A stretch of DNA of 64,000 bases from Candidatus Thorarchaeota archaeon. Its GTDB lineage: Archaea > Asgardarchaeota > Thorarchaeia > Thorarchaeales > Thorarchaeaceae. The position numbers were made by a program, and so were the translations under genes. The notes under the pieces were generated by a model that made no database searches, was not told the DNA's origin, and worked only from the letters and a program-made list of their open reading frames with translations. Positions 30,132-38,437 of the stretch are shown piece by piece (within the stretch, counting starts at the first letter, position 1; each line of letters starts with the position of its first letter). The stretch covers positions 54,025 through 118,024 of the forward strand of contig RDNZ01000001.1 in NCBI GenBank assembly GCA_011364905.1, in the 5' to 3' direction.

Positions 30132-31088
30132 ATGAAGAGAATTTTGGTGACAGGTAGTTATGGGCAAATTGGTACAGAGCTCGTAGGTGCCTTACGCAGC
30201 AAGTATGGTGGCCAAAATGTGGTTGCGACAGGAAGAAAAGATCCGCCTGAGATTCTTACTAAAGATGGACCATATTTACACCTCGATGTACTTGATGTAG
30301 ACCAGCTGCATGCAATACTGAAAGACAATGAAATTGATATCGTGATTCATAATGCCTCTGTACTATCCGGGAAAGGTGAGAAAAATCCTCAGCTCGCGTA
30401 CAGAACCAATATACAGGGCTCTTACAATGTTCTTGAAGCCGTCAGAATTCTCGGACTTGATCAAGTCTTTATCCCGAGTTCAATCGCAGCATTCGGCCCA
30501 AGTACTCCAAAAGAAAATACCCCCAATGAAGTGATAATGCGACCCACGACAGCTTACGGCGTTTCTAAGGTCTTTATCGAACTGTGGGGAGAGTACTATG
30601 CCAAACGCTATGGTGTAGACTTCCGTTCTCTGAGATATCCAGGAATCATAAGTTCGGAAGCACCCCCCGGTGGAGGAACGACGGACTATGCAGTAGAGAT
30701 ATTCTATGAAGCGCTCAAGACTCAGAAGTATACATCCTTCCTCGAAAAGGGGACCTATCTTCCTATGATGTTTATGGACGATTGTATTAAGTGTACAATG
30801 GATTTGATTCACGCCGATGTCAGCAAACTGAAGCACCGGAGTTTCAACATCACAGCAATGAGTTTTGCACCAGAGGAAATAGCTGCTGAGATAAAGAAAT
30901 ACATCCCCCAGTTCGAAATGAGCTATAAACCAGACTTTAGGCAGCAAATCGCAGAATCGTGGCCAGCGACCATCGATGATAGTGCAGCTCGTGAAGAATG
31001 GGGCTGGAAACCGGATTATGACTTAGCGGCGATGACTAAGGCTATGATAGAAAGGCTCTCGAAGAAGCTCGATATAGCGTATCAGTGA
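30132..31088 (+). CDS. tdh: L-threonine 3-dehydrogenase, NAD-dependent epimerase/SDR-type (TDH). The ORF track starts at 30036, but the ATG at 30132 is preceded by AGGAG and yields a 318-aa protein.
   Basis: The Rossmann motif VTGSYGQIGTELV has GQIG, which distinguishes TDH from GalE (GGAGFIG). The catalytic YxxxK is TAYGVSK. Downstream RYPGIISSEAPPGGGTTDYAVEIFYEALK is characteristic of mammalian/archaeal SDR-type TDH. Confidence 0.72.
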   Translation: MKRILVTGSYGQIGTELVGALRSKYGGQNVVATGRKDPPEILTKDGPYLHLDVLDVDQLHAILKDNEIDIVIHNASVLSGKGEKNPQLAYRTNIQGSYNVLEAVRILGLDQVFIPSSIAAFGPSTPKENTPNEVIMRPTTAYGVSKVFIELWGEYYAKRYGVDFRSLRYPGIISSEAPPGGGTTDYAVEIFYEALKTQKYTSFLEKGTYLPMMFMDDCIKCTMDLIHADVSKLKHRSFNITAMSFAPEEIAAEIKKYIPQFEMSYKPDFRQQIAESWPATIDDSAAREEWGWKPDYDLAAMTKAMIERLSKKLDIAYQ

Positions 31089-31155
31089 GTGATGAGAACA
31101 TTTCCCAAGTGTATCGTCATCTTTATGTCGGAGAGGAAGCAGGGATAACATCGAA

Positions 31156-32907
31156 TTGGTGGACTCCATGGATAGACAGCCACTCTACTACACTGTCTTT
31201 ATTTCATTCATCCTGATAGCATCTTCGTTTTACCTGTCATGGTCAGTGGACAGAGGTATGGGAGAGGTTTCTGTCGAAAAAATGTCAATTGAAAGAACAC
31301 CTGGCCGCTCAATCGATTTTCTAGTCTATTCACCGAGAACCGCAAATCATTACGAGCCTATGCCTATTGTGCTCACTATTCATGGTCTTACAGGCTCCAA
31401 AGAAAACTTGTATGCATTCAATGTGGAGCTTGCCAGACGAAATTTCACGGTTGTTTCTATTGATCTTCCTGGTCATGGTGATTCTACTGTCGCTTTCAAC
31501 ATCACTGATTTTGATGGAATGGCGCAGGATGCCTATGCAGCCCTTCGTTATGTACAGACAACGCTTCCAGGTGTAGATAATGAAACCTATGGCGTTCTTT
31601 CCCACTCGTTAGGTTTTCGCGTAGCGATTGAGCTGAAGGACTTTCCAGTGGCGCCCAGAGCATATGTTGCTGTTGGGAATGCTGGTAACCAACCTCAAGA
31701 TGGATTTGTCGACTTCCCGGACAACCTCTTGTTCGCAATTGGTTCATTCGATGAGATTGTTTCTAGAAGAGATGCGCTTCAGGCGATTCGATTTGCAACT
31801 GGCAATGAAACGGCTGTTGATGGAATCACTTACGGTTCATTGGATAATCAAACAGCGTACCGTCTAGCTTTCGGTTTTTCGGATCATGCCTCCGAGGTGG
31901 TTGACCGTTACCTAATCACCGAAGCGGTTACATGGCTGGTTCAAGGAGTACAAGGACAAGACCAATTAATGCAAACTCGAAACCCAGCGGACCAAGTTTC
32001 ATATCGCAAGAATATAGCAACGATATTGAGTACAATCTTTATCTTTGTTTCAATTTTTCCCGTTATGTGGCTGACTTACAGCCTGATGCCAGTAAGCCTG
32101 AAACCACGGAAGTTTCAGCATGACACCAAATCATATTCTCTTCGTAGGAGCTTTGAAATCAGCTCCGTCTTAGGAGGGTTGGCTATCGTCATTTTTGTTG
32201 CTTCATCGATTCTTGGAATCAACCTTGAGGATGTAGGAATCAAAGGACTGAGTTTAATGTCAGGAACAGGCATTATTCTGTTTCTCATTATTGGCGCATC
32301 AGGTCTATTCATCACCATGTGGTTGGCACTGGGAAAAGAAGACACTCAAAAAGCATTGACATCTGTCGGTGTTGAGAAATTGAGAACTAGAGAGCATCTT
32401 TCGGATATCCTGAAAAGCCTCGTCGTTGCTGGTGTAGGTATCGCTTGGTTAGACTTCTGGTTGAGAATTGCTCAAGCTGATGGTGTCCTTCTCCTCCTAG
32501 TAAGATTACCAATAGGGGTGCGTTTAGTGGATACCATGGTTCTCACAATCTTAGCAATTCCAATCTTTTTGGTGGAGGCTGCTTTGGTCCGAGGTGTATT
32601 ATTAGCTGAACGAGATTGGACGACCCACTATCCAAAATCAGCTTCTGCGATTTTCGCGCTTTTTTTCAGATTTGTATTTGTGGCGCTGCTTACTATTGCT
32701 GTAGTTTTTCTGACAACGGCGGCTGGTGTTACTGCAGGAAGAATTGTCCTTATCGGTGTCATTTGGGTACGCATATTGATTGTGCAAATCCTGGCAGCTG
32801 TTTTGATAATTTGGACCTCATTGGAGTTCAATAACACATGGTCCGCTGTTTTTATCAGTTCGTTCATTCTATCATTGGTGATTGTTACAGCTTTGCCTCT
32901 TGTTTAG
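31156..32907 (+). CDS. Fusion protein: N-terminal alpha/beta-hydrolase domain (about 270 aa) joined to a C-terminal polytopic membrane domain of about 8 TM helices.
   Basis: An N-terminal hydrophobic helix, then HGLTGSKEN, DLPGHGDS and a nucleophile-elbow-like VLSHSLGF. The C-terminal half is hydrophobic helices such as ILSTIFIFVSIFPVMWLTY and GIILFLIIGASGLFITMWLAL. Confidence 0.6.
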   Translation: MVDSMDRQPLYYTVFISFILIASSFYLSWSVDRGMGEVSVEKMSIERTPGRSIDFLVYSPRTANHYEPMPIVLTIHGLTGSKENLYAFNVELARRNFTVVSIDLPGHGDSTVAFNITDFDGMAQDAYAALRYVQTTLPGVDNETYGVLSHSLGFRVAIELKDFPVAPRAYVAVGNAGNQPQDGFVDFPDNLLFAIGSFDEIVSRRDALQAIRFATGNETAVDGITYGSLDNQTAYRLAFGFSDHASEVVDRYLITEAVTWLVQGVQGQDQLMQTRNPADQVSYRKNIATILSTIFIFVSIFPVMWLTYSLMPVSLKPRKFQHDTKSYSLRRSFEISSVLGGLAIVIFVASSILGINLEDVGIKGLSLMSGTGIILFLIIGASGLFITMWLALGKEDTQKALTSVGVEKLRTREHLSDILKSLVVAGVGIAWLDFWLRIAQADGVLLLLVRLPIGVRLVDTMVLTILAIPIFLVEAALVRGVLLAERDWTTHYPKSASAIFALFFRFVFVALLTIAVVFLTTAAGVTAGRIVLIGVIWVRILIVQILAAVLIIWTSLEFNNTWSAVFISSFILSLVIVTALPLV

Positions 32908-32952
32908 TATCACAAAACCTCGCTACTGTGACATTTGAAGGAAGAATTGCTC

Positions 32953-34194
32953 CTAGTCTTCTACAACTTCAAAATCAAGCCCTTGGTCTGCGAGCATCTT
33001 CAACATGCGATTCAATGCTTTCTCGTCAGGCACCTCTAGAATCATCTCTAACTCAGCTCTATTGGGAGGAATATCGGGATCAAACCGGTCTTGATTGAGT
33101 TCGATAACGCTGACTCCAGAAGATGCTACAGATTTGAGAACTTTGTTCATGCTACCTACTCGGTCAAGAATTGTTCCTTTGACTCTTACAGACCTACCAA
33201 GACGGAAGAGTTCCTTCTCAACCACCCGTGAAAGGAGGGACATGTCAATATTGCCTCCTGACAGCACAGCCACGGCAGTCTTGCCTTTGACATCTATCTT
33301 GTTGTGTTGATATGCTGCGAGACCTACGCAACCAGCTGGCTCAACCACTATCTTGGCGCGTTCCAGTAGCATGAATAGTGTTCGGGTGACCTCGAGCTCC
33401 TCCACTGTAACAACACCTGAGAGTAGGTCTTTAGCAATCCTGTAGGTCAGCTTTCCTGGTCTTTTTACTGCAATGCCATCACATATGGTGTCCAAGTTCT
33501 TAACATTGACAATTCTACCTGCTTCAATGGATGCTTTCATTGCTGCCGCGGAAGCCGCCTCAACTCCATAGACCTCAACCTCGGGGCGTTGTTCCTTGAC
33601 AGCTATGCTGATTCCTGAAGCTAGTCCGCCGCCTCCAATTGGAACCGAAATCACATCAACATCAGGACACTCGTCCAGGATTTCAAGTCCGATGGTTCCC
33701 TGACCAGCAATAACATTCTCATTGTTGAAAGGATGAAGAAATGTTGCACCTGTCTTTTCTGCCAACTCTCTAGCATGAGCCAAAGCATCATCAAATGCTG
33801 CGCCATGAAGAACAACATTTGCGCCATATCCTTCGGTTGCTTGAATCTTTGCCACGGGTGAAAACACTGGCATAACAATGGTCGATTTTATCCCCAATCT
33901 TGTTGCCGCATAAGCTGTACCCTGGGCATGATTACCTGCTGAGGCAGCAATCACACCTGCTCTCTTTTCCTCATCAGAAAGCTTTGACATTGCATATGCA
34001 GCGCCTCTCACCTTGAACGATCCTGTTTTTTGAAGATTCTCAAGTTTGAGATAGATATCTCCACCAGTTATTCTACTAAATGTGGAAGTATGATCGAGTC
34101 TAGTCACGTGTTTGATGTCTTTGAGAACATCTCTGGCATCTAGAATCTTAGAAAAGACCTTGTTGTATTTCCCCATGGCAATCACATGAGTCAC
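32953..34194 (-). CDS. ilvA: Threonine ammonia-lyase (threonine dehydratase) with a C-terminal ACT-like regulatory domain.
   Basis: The PLP site KLENLQKTGSFKVRGA carries the SFK lysine. The glycine-rich loop is SAGNHAQG plus GGGGLASG. The roughly 90-aa C-terminal tail is VRVKGTILDRVGSMNKVLKSVASSGVSVIELNQ. Length 413 aa. Confidence 0.85.
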   Translation of the reverse strand: MTHVIAMGKYNKVFSKILDARDVLKDIKHVTRLDHTSTFSRITGGDIYLKLENLQKTGSFKVRGAAYAMSKLSDEEKRAGVIAASAGNHAQGTAYAATRLGIKSTIVMPVFSPVAKIQATEGYGANVVLHGAAFDDALAHARELAEKTGATFLHPFNNENVIAGQGTIGLEILDECPDVDVISVPIGGGGLASGISIAVKEQRPEVEVYGVEAASAAAMKASIEAGRIVNVKNLDTICDGIAVKRPGKLTYRIAKDLLSGVVTVEELEVTRTLFMLLERAKIVVEPAGCVGLAAYQHNKIDVKGKTAVAVLSGGNIDMSLLSRVVEKELFRLGRSVRVKGTILDRVGSMNKVLKSVASSGVSVIELNQDRFDPDIPPNRAELEMILEVPDEKALNRMLKMLADQGLDFEVVED

Positions 34195-34226
34195 AACTGC
34201 ACTCTACTAGATTAATGATTCCACTC

Positions 34227-34754
34227 TTAGAGAATAATCATTATGCCAAGAAAGCAGTTTGCCAGTATTGGAAACAGCAACCAAGTGATATAATTTCCTG
34301 GAGGTGCTGTGAATCGGTTCATCCTGGGAGGTATGAATCTAAAATAGCCTCCCTCCACTGGCGTCCAGAGCCATAAACCGAGTACTCTACTCAAGAGAGG
34401 TTCTAGTAAAATGAGATCACCTATCGAAGCTAACAATCCTGATATTATGCAGGCATAAACACCTTGTGCACCAAAGGCAATAGCAATCAGAAGACTGGAC
34501 TGAATTGAGAAAACCCAAAGGAATACTATCCACACTGGAACATTGCGAACAAATGGTCCATTAGTATCTTGTTTTGTATAGTAATAGTAGCCTTGGGATG
34601 AAACTAGATGTTCTCCAGCTAATGCGATAGAAATTATTACCAGACTGTGTGGGATAGTCAACCAACCGAAGTAGGTCCACATTAGGTTTGAAGTCATGCT
34701 GGAAAGAGCAACAAATACAACTAAGAGAAAGAAGTTTTTGACTCTGAGATTCAT
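34227..34754 (-). CDS. Hypothetical integral membrane protein with 4-5 TM helices.
   Basis: Hydrophobic helices throughout. No recognisable motif. Confidence 0.4.
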   Translation of the reverse strand: MNLRVKNFFLLVVFVALSSMTSNLMWTYFGWLTIPHSLVIISIALAGEHLVSSQGYYYYTKQDTNGPFVRNVPVWIVFLWVFSIQSSLLIAIAFGAQGVYACIISGLLASIGDLILLEPLLSRVLGLWLWTPVEGGYFRFIPPRMNRFTAPPGNYITWLLFPILANCFLGIMIIL

Positions 34755-34763
34755 TTGAAGATA

Positions 34764-35048
34764 TCACCGTTTGATCTTTTCCTTTGCAGATTCAAGCAGA
34801 TTCGATGTTCTCATTCTAAGAGAGATGACCCATGCCTTCCCAACCTTCTCTTTCTCCATCTTCTGTGCGACCAGGCTCTTCTGCACTTTCAAAATAAGAT
34901 CGACTGCCTTGCCAACTGTCCTGCGATCAATTCCTGTGGCTTTGGAGATACCTGAAATTGACATTGATGGTCTGTCTTTCAAAACCTCGAGGACTGCAGT
35001 CATTGCCTTGGGAAGGTCAACACGTGGTGTTGTGAGTGGAAGCTTCAT
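34764..35048 (-). CDS. Small winged-helix HTH transcriptional regulator. Start chosen at MKLPLTT; the ORF extends to 35090.
   Basis: The HTH is SISGISKATGIDRRTVGKAVDLI, followed by a basic C-terminal helix. 94 aa. Confidence 0.55.
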   Translation of the reverse strand: MKLPLTTPRVDLPKAMTAVLEVLKDRPSMSISGISKATGIDRRTVGKAVDLILKVQKSLVAQKMEKEKVGKAWVISLRMRTSNLLESAKEKIKR

Positions 35049-35083
35049 CTCTTTTCGAGTTAATTCTATAAAAAAGAGGCATA

Positions 35084-35111
35084 TATACATTATTATGTAT
35101 ACATTATTATG
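35084..35111. promoter_or_regulatory. Tandem 14-bp direct repeat (tatacattattatg x2) containing the palindrome ATACAT-tatt-ATGTAT, immediately upstream of the TATA-like ctataaaaaa of the HTH regulator gene. Candidate operator.
   Basis: Seen directly in the sequence: atatatacattattatgtatacattattatgacc, located 36-63 nt upstream of the regulator ATG (minus strand). Confidence 0.35.
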
Positions 35112-35308
35112 ACCATATCATGGATATTAATTCTCGCAAACTAGTGGGGACATATCTTTTACTCTCTTAAACTAATTTGATTCATATAGATATCTCATGG
35201 GAGAGATGTATTATTGAATTAAAAGGTCGAATCAATCAAGGTCCTCCATGTTAAGTACGCGAACCATGTATCATCTTAGGTTCCCGAAACACCCTTTTGA
35301 TTCCAGAG

Positions 35309-36223
35309 TTACTCTTTCAGTGTGTACGTCGAATATGTTTCAACAGTTTTGAATCCAAGAAGCTCGTAAAGATATCGAGCTTTGTTACTGAGTGTTACAT
35401 CAAGCTCAATCTTACTGATGCTCGATTCAGACTCCAATAGCTGCTTCATAGAATGAATAAGCAGGGCTCGCCCCAAACCTTTGCCGCGACTACCAGGGTC
35501 AATCACAATGTCTGAAATGTATCCAGCATCCTCACTCCTAGTTGTAATAAAACAAGCGCCTATTGACACACTGCCATCGCGAAGAATCCAAGAAGTCCCT
35601 TCTTTGTATTCTCCATATCGGCCTTTTTCTATATTCTCTACAAGCCTAACGCAATTGTCTGGTGAACCAAAGAAATCAGGGAAAACCTCTTGGTCAACGT
35701 TTCCGTAATTTCCTCGAAAAATCAGATCCGATATCTCATCACGCTTTGAAGATTTGTAAGGTTCAAAACTCATGCCACTTGAAACAACAGGTACAGCCAA
35801 CGATTCAATTTGACTTCGAGGTATTGCCATGGAAGCGCGGTCGTATTTAGCAAACCCAATATCTAGCAGATGCTGAGAAATAGATGCGGAAATCCAATGT
35901 ATCCAAGAGCCTCCAGTAGCAATGTAGGAATATTGTCCAAGAAATTTATTGCATATTTCATTGATAAGCTGCTTCTCTATCTCTATGTCACCATTGGCAT
36001 AGATAAGCAAAATTCTGCCGCTCGCCTTTCCGAAAAGCCCAATTCCCTTAAGGTTCTGTTCCTTGTCATATGCCCCGAATAAACCATTCTTCCCATTGGA
36101 AACAGAGGTCTTGAGTTGTTCGAGAAAGGTCTCAGATATTGACATCTCACGAAACGCCTCTTTAAAGCGTTCAATAAGTGGGCCCATATCAACTGTCTTC
36201 TCAAATTCGACTACCTTGATCAT
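35309..36223 (-). CDS. GNAT-family N-acetyltransferase (C-terminal GNAT fold; the N-terminal domain is uncharacterised).
   Basis: Motif A is IDPGSRGKGLGRALLIHSMKQL (Q/RxxGxG). The C-terminal part LYELLGFKTVE is typical of the GNAT beta-strand and helix. Confidence 0.65.
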   Translation of the reverse strand: MIKVVEFEKTVDMGPLIERFKEAFREMSISETFLEQLKTSVSNGKNGLFGAYDKEQNLKGIGLFGKASGRILLIYANGDIEIEKQLINEICNKFLGQYSYIATGGSWIHWISASISQHLLDIGFAKYDRASMAIPRSQIESLAVPVVSSGMSFEPYKSSKRDEISDLIFRGNYGNVDQEVFPDFFGSPDNCVRLVENIEKGRYGEYKEGTSWILRDGSVSIGACFITTRSEDAGYISDIVIDPGSRGKGLGRALLIHSMKQLLESESSISKIELDVTLSNKARYLYELLGFKTVETYSTYTLKE

Positions 36224-36274
36224 ATTGAGTAGAAAGTTTATGTAATGAATATCGATTTCCTTTTGCGCAAAAAA

Positions 36275-36979
36275 CTACTTCTCGCCATAATTTTGTTGCA
36301 TCAATTTGACTACCTCATCTCGAGGTAGGATTTCAGCAGCGATAGTTGTCAAAGTCGCTTCTTCCATCTTGCCATTGGAAATCAATTGATAACCTGCTTG
36401 TTTTGTTGCTTCATAAATATGGTCCAGTTGAGCGCCTTGCTTCAATGCGGGTTCAATTATCCAAGCATATGGTCGCAATAAAGCTCCAACATATTCTCGA
36501 TTCATGTTCTTGCTGATAGCTTTCACATGGGCAATAAGTGGATCGAAGTTATCCATCTCAGTAAAGCCAGAAACAGACAGTAATGCTATCTTACCTGCTT
36601 TAACCCCCTCACGAAGAGCGTGTCTACAATGGTCATCCCGAAGCTCAAAGGCACCATGAAGGAGAGGTATCGATCTGTCAAGGAGTGTCTTGAGAGAACC
36701 TGTCATTCCATCGACATAGACAGGTGTGGCGAGAATGACAAGGTCCGCATCAGCAATACGTGAAAGAACAGCAGCCATTTCATCATCCTGGATGCATTTC
36801 CCCGGTGTGCTTGTCCAACAATTGAAACATCCACGACAGTCGCCAAGTTCAAGACCTTTTGAGTAGAGAAGGTCCACCTCAGCCCCTGCTTCTTCCATTC
36901 CTTTGATAAAATGCTTGAGTAAGCCCCCTGTTGCGCCGCGGTCCTTCCTAGGGCTACCATTCATCACTAGTACTTTCAT
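36275..36979 (-). CDS. Iron-sulfur flavoprotein (Isf) / NADPH-dependent FMN reductase family.
   Basis: The flavodoxin-like N-terminus MKVLVMNGSPRKDRGATG is followed by the compact Cys motif CRGCFNCWTSTPGKC (CX2CX2CX7C), typical of archaeal Isf. Confidence 0.7.
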   Translation of the reverse strand: MKVLVMNGSPRKDRGATGGLLKHFIKGMEEAGAEVDLLYSKGLELGDCRGCFNCWTSTPGKCIQDDEMAAVLSRIADADLVILATPVYVDGMTGSLKTLLDRSIPLLHGAFELRDDHCRHALREGVKAGKIALLSVSGFTEMDNFDPLIAHVKAISKNMNREYVGALLRPYAWIIEPALKQGAQLDHIYEATKQAGYQLISNGKMEEATLTTIAAEILPRDEVVKLMQQNYGEK

Positions 36980-37101
36980 GTTGGTTACCTCTTCGCTTTT
37001 CTTAATTCATTACACATAAGCTTTGTACTTCGTTCTAACATGCTATTGGCAAAATCATATTCCTCTACTTCTGATGGTTGTACCATTTAGGGGAACTCTC
37101 T

Positions 37102-38244
37102 CTAGAATACTCGGTGTTTAATGTCAAGCCCTCTATCCCGGAGTTCCTTGATGAATGAATCAGGAGGAATGCATCGTTCAGGGGTAAGGACACCTCGCTT
37201 GGAGATTCGACCATCAGCCATCATCATTGCTGTTACTGCTGCAGGATATGATGTAGTTCTCATCATTGATGTGAGTCCAGTTTCATCATCAAAGTAATCG
37301 ATTAGTTCGTACTCAATGTTCCGCGACTCAGTGCCCTTCCAGCCATCAATCATGATCCGCAGAAGGGTCACATCCTTTCCTGTGGGAGGTAGATTCTTCT
37401 CAAGAAGTTTTTCGAGGACCTTACGTGGAGCGATTTTGGAACCCTCAACTTCCAGCTCCGTACTATCCATGAGCCCTAACTTCATTAAACACCACATTTT
37501 GTGACCATGTCCTGGATATCGTATGGTCTTGTAGTCGAGTTCGTTAACCTTTCCTTCGTAGGTATTAGGCAACGTTGAGGTGCCTCCACTCGTATTGAAT
37601 GCCTCAAGTTTTCCAAATGGCTCAGGAAACGTGATTTCCTCAAAGCCCACCAAAGGCTCTTCTATTGTGATTTTTCCATCTCTCAAAGCTACACAAGGTT
37701 CAATGTACTCGTTGATCAATCCTTCAACAGAAAAGATGAGAGCATAGTTAAGGGGAGGTCTGGGTTCTTGTTGCAGACCGCCGACACGAATTTTCACACT
37801 CTCTACTCTATCAAGATATTCAATGCCTTCTCTTGCTAGTACATTGACCATTCCAGGTGCAAGTCCACAGTCTGGAACCACTGTAACCCCGGCGTCTTTA
37901 GCCTTGTCATTCAACTCAAGCTGTTTCTGAACTATTGTCCATCCGCCGCCAAGGTCACACATGTGTGTACCAGTTTCAATCGCAACCTCGGTATGAAGGA
38001 CATTGACAGTATAGCTTACTGCACTCACAACTGAGTCGACTTTCGAAAACGCTTTCATGAGCTGATCCCGATTCTTTGCATCAACTCTTTGTGGTGTGGC
38101 CTTGTCGCCTACTTCCTTAGCAAGAGATTCAGCGCATTTCGAGTCAATGTCTGCAACTATGATCTCATCAACACTGTCCTGTTTAACTAAATCATAAGCG
38201 GCACCTTTTCCCATCTGTCCAGAACCAAGAACAAGAACCTTCAT
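37102..38244 (-). CDS. Saccharopine dehydrogenase family NAD(P)-binding oxidoreductase.
   Basis: The Rossmann motif is MKVLVLGSGQMGKGAAYDLVK, followed by a Sacchrp_dh-like C-terminal domain. 380 aa. Confidence 0.7.
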   Translation of the reverse strand: MKVLVLGSGQMGKGAAYDLVKQDSVDEIIVADIDSKCAESLAKEVGDKATPQRVDAKNRDQLMKAFSKVDSVVSAVSYTVNVLHTEVAIETGTHMCDLGGGWTIVQKQLELNDKAKDAGVTVVPDCGLAPGMVNVLAREGIEYLDRVESVKIRVGGLQQEPRPPLNYALIFSVEGLINEYIEPCVALRDGKITIEEPLVGFEEITFPEPFGKLEAFNTSGGTSTLPNTYEGKVNELDYKTIRYPGHGHKMWCLMKLGLMDSTELEVEGSKIAPRKVLEKLLEKNLPPTGKDVTLLRIMIDGWKGTESRNIEYELIDYFDDETGLTSMMRTTSYPAAVTAMMMADGRISKRGVLTPERCIPPDSFIKELRDRGLDIKHRVF

Positions 38245-38374
38245 TTCAGAATCCTCTCAAATTGCACTATTACACATTTAGAAACGGCATGTAAAAACAG
38301 TTCCGTACCACGCTTCATATAGCTGGTTTATGCAGCGGGCTCATTTTCTCAAAGAACCATCGAAATAGTTTGAC

Positions 38375-38433
38375 AAAGAATAAAATCGCCGCACAACTAA
38401 AAACACGGTCTGTTCACTCCTTGTCAGTGCGGC
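38375..38433 (-). terminator. Hairpin (CGCCGCAC...GTGCGGC) followed on the minus strand by a T-rich tract, immediately 3' of the thrS stop.
   Basis: 7-bp GC-rich inverted repeat at 38387-38394 and 38427-38433. The minus-strand continuation is GATTTTATTCTTTG. Confidence 0.3.
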
Positions 38434-38437
38434 ATGT

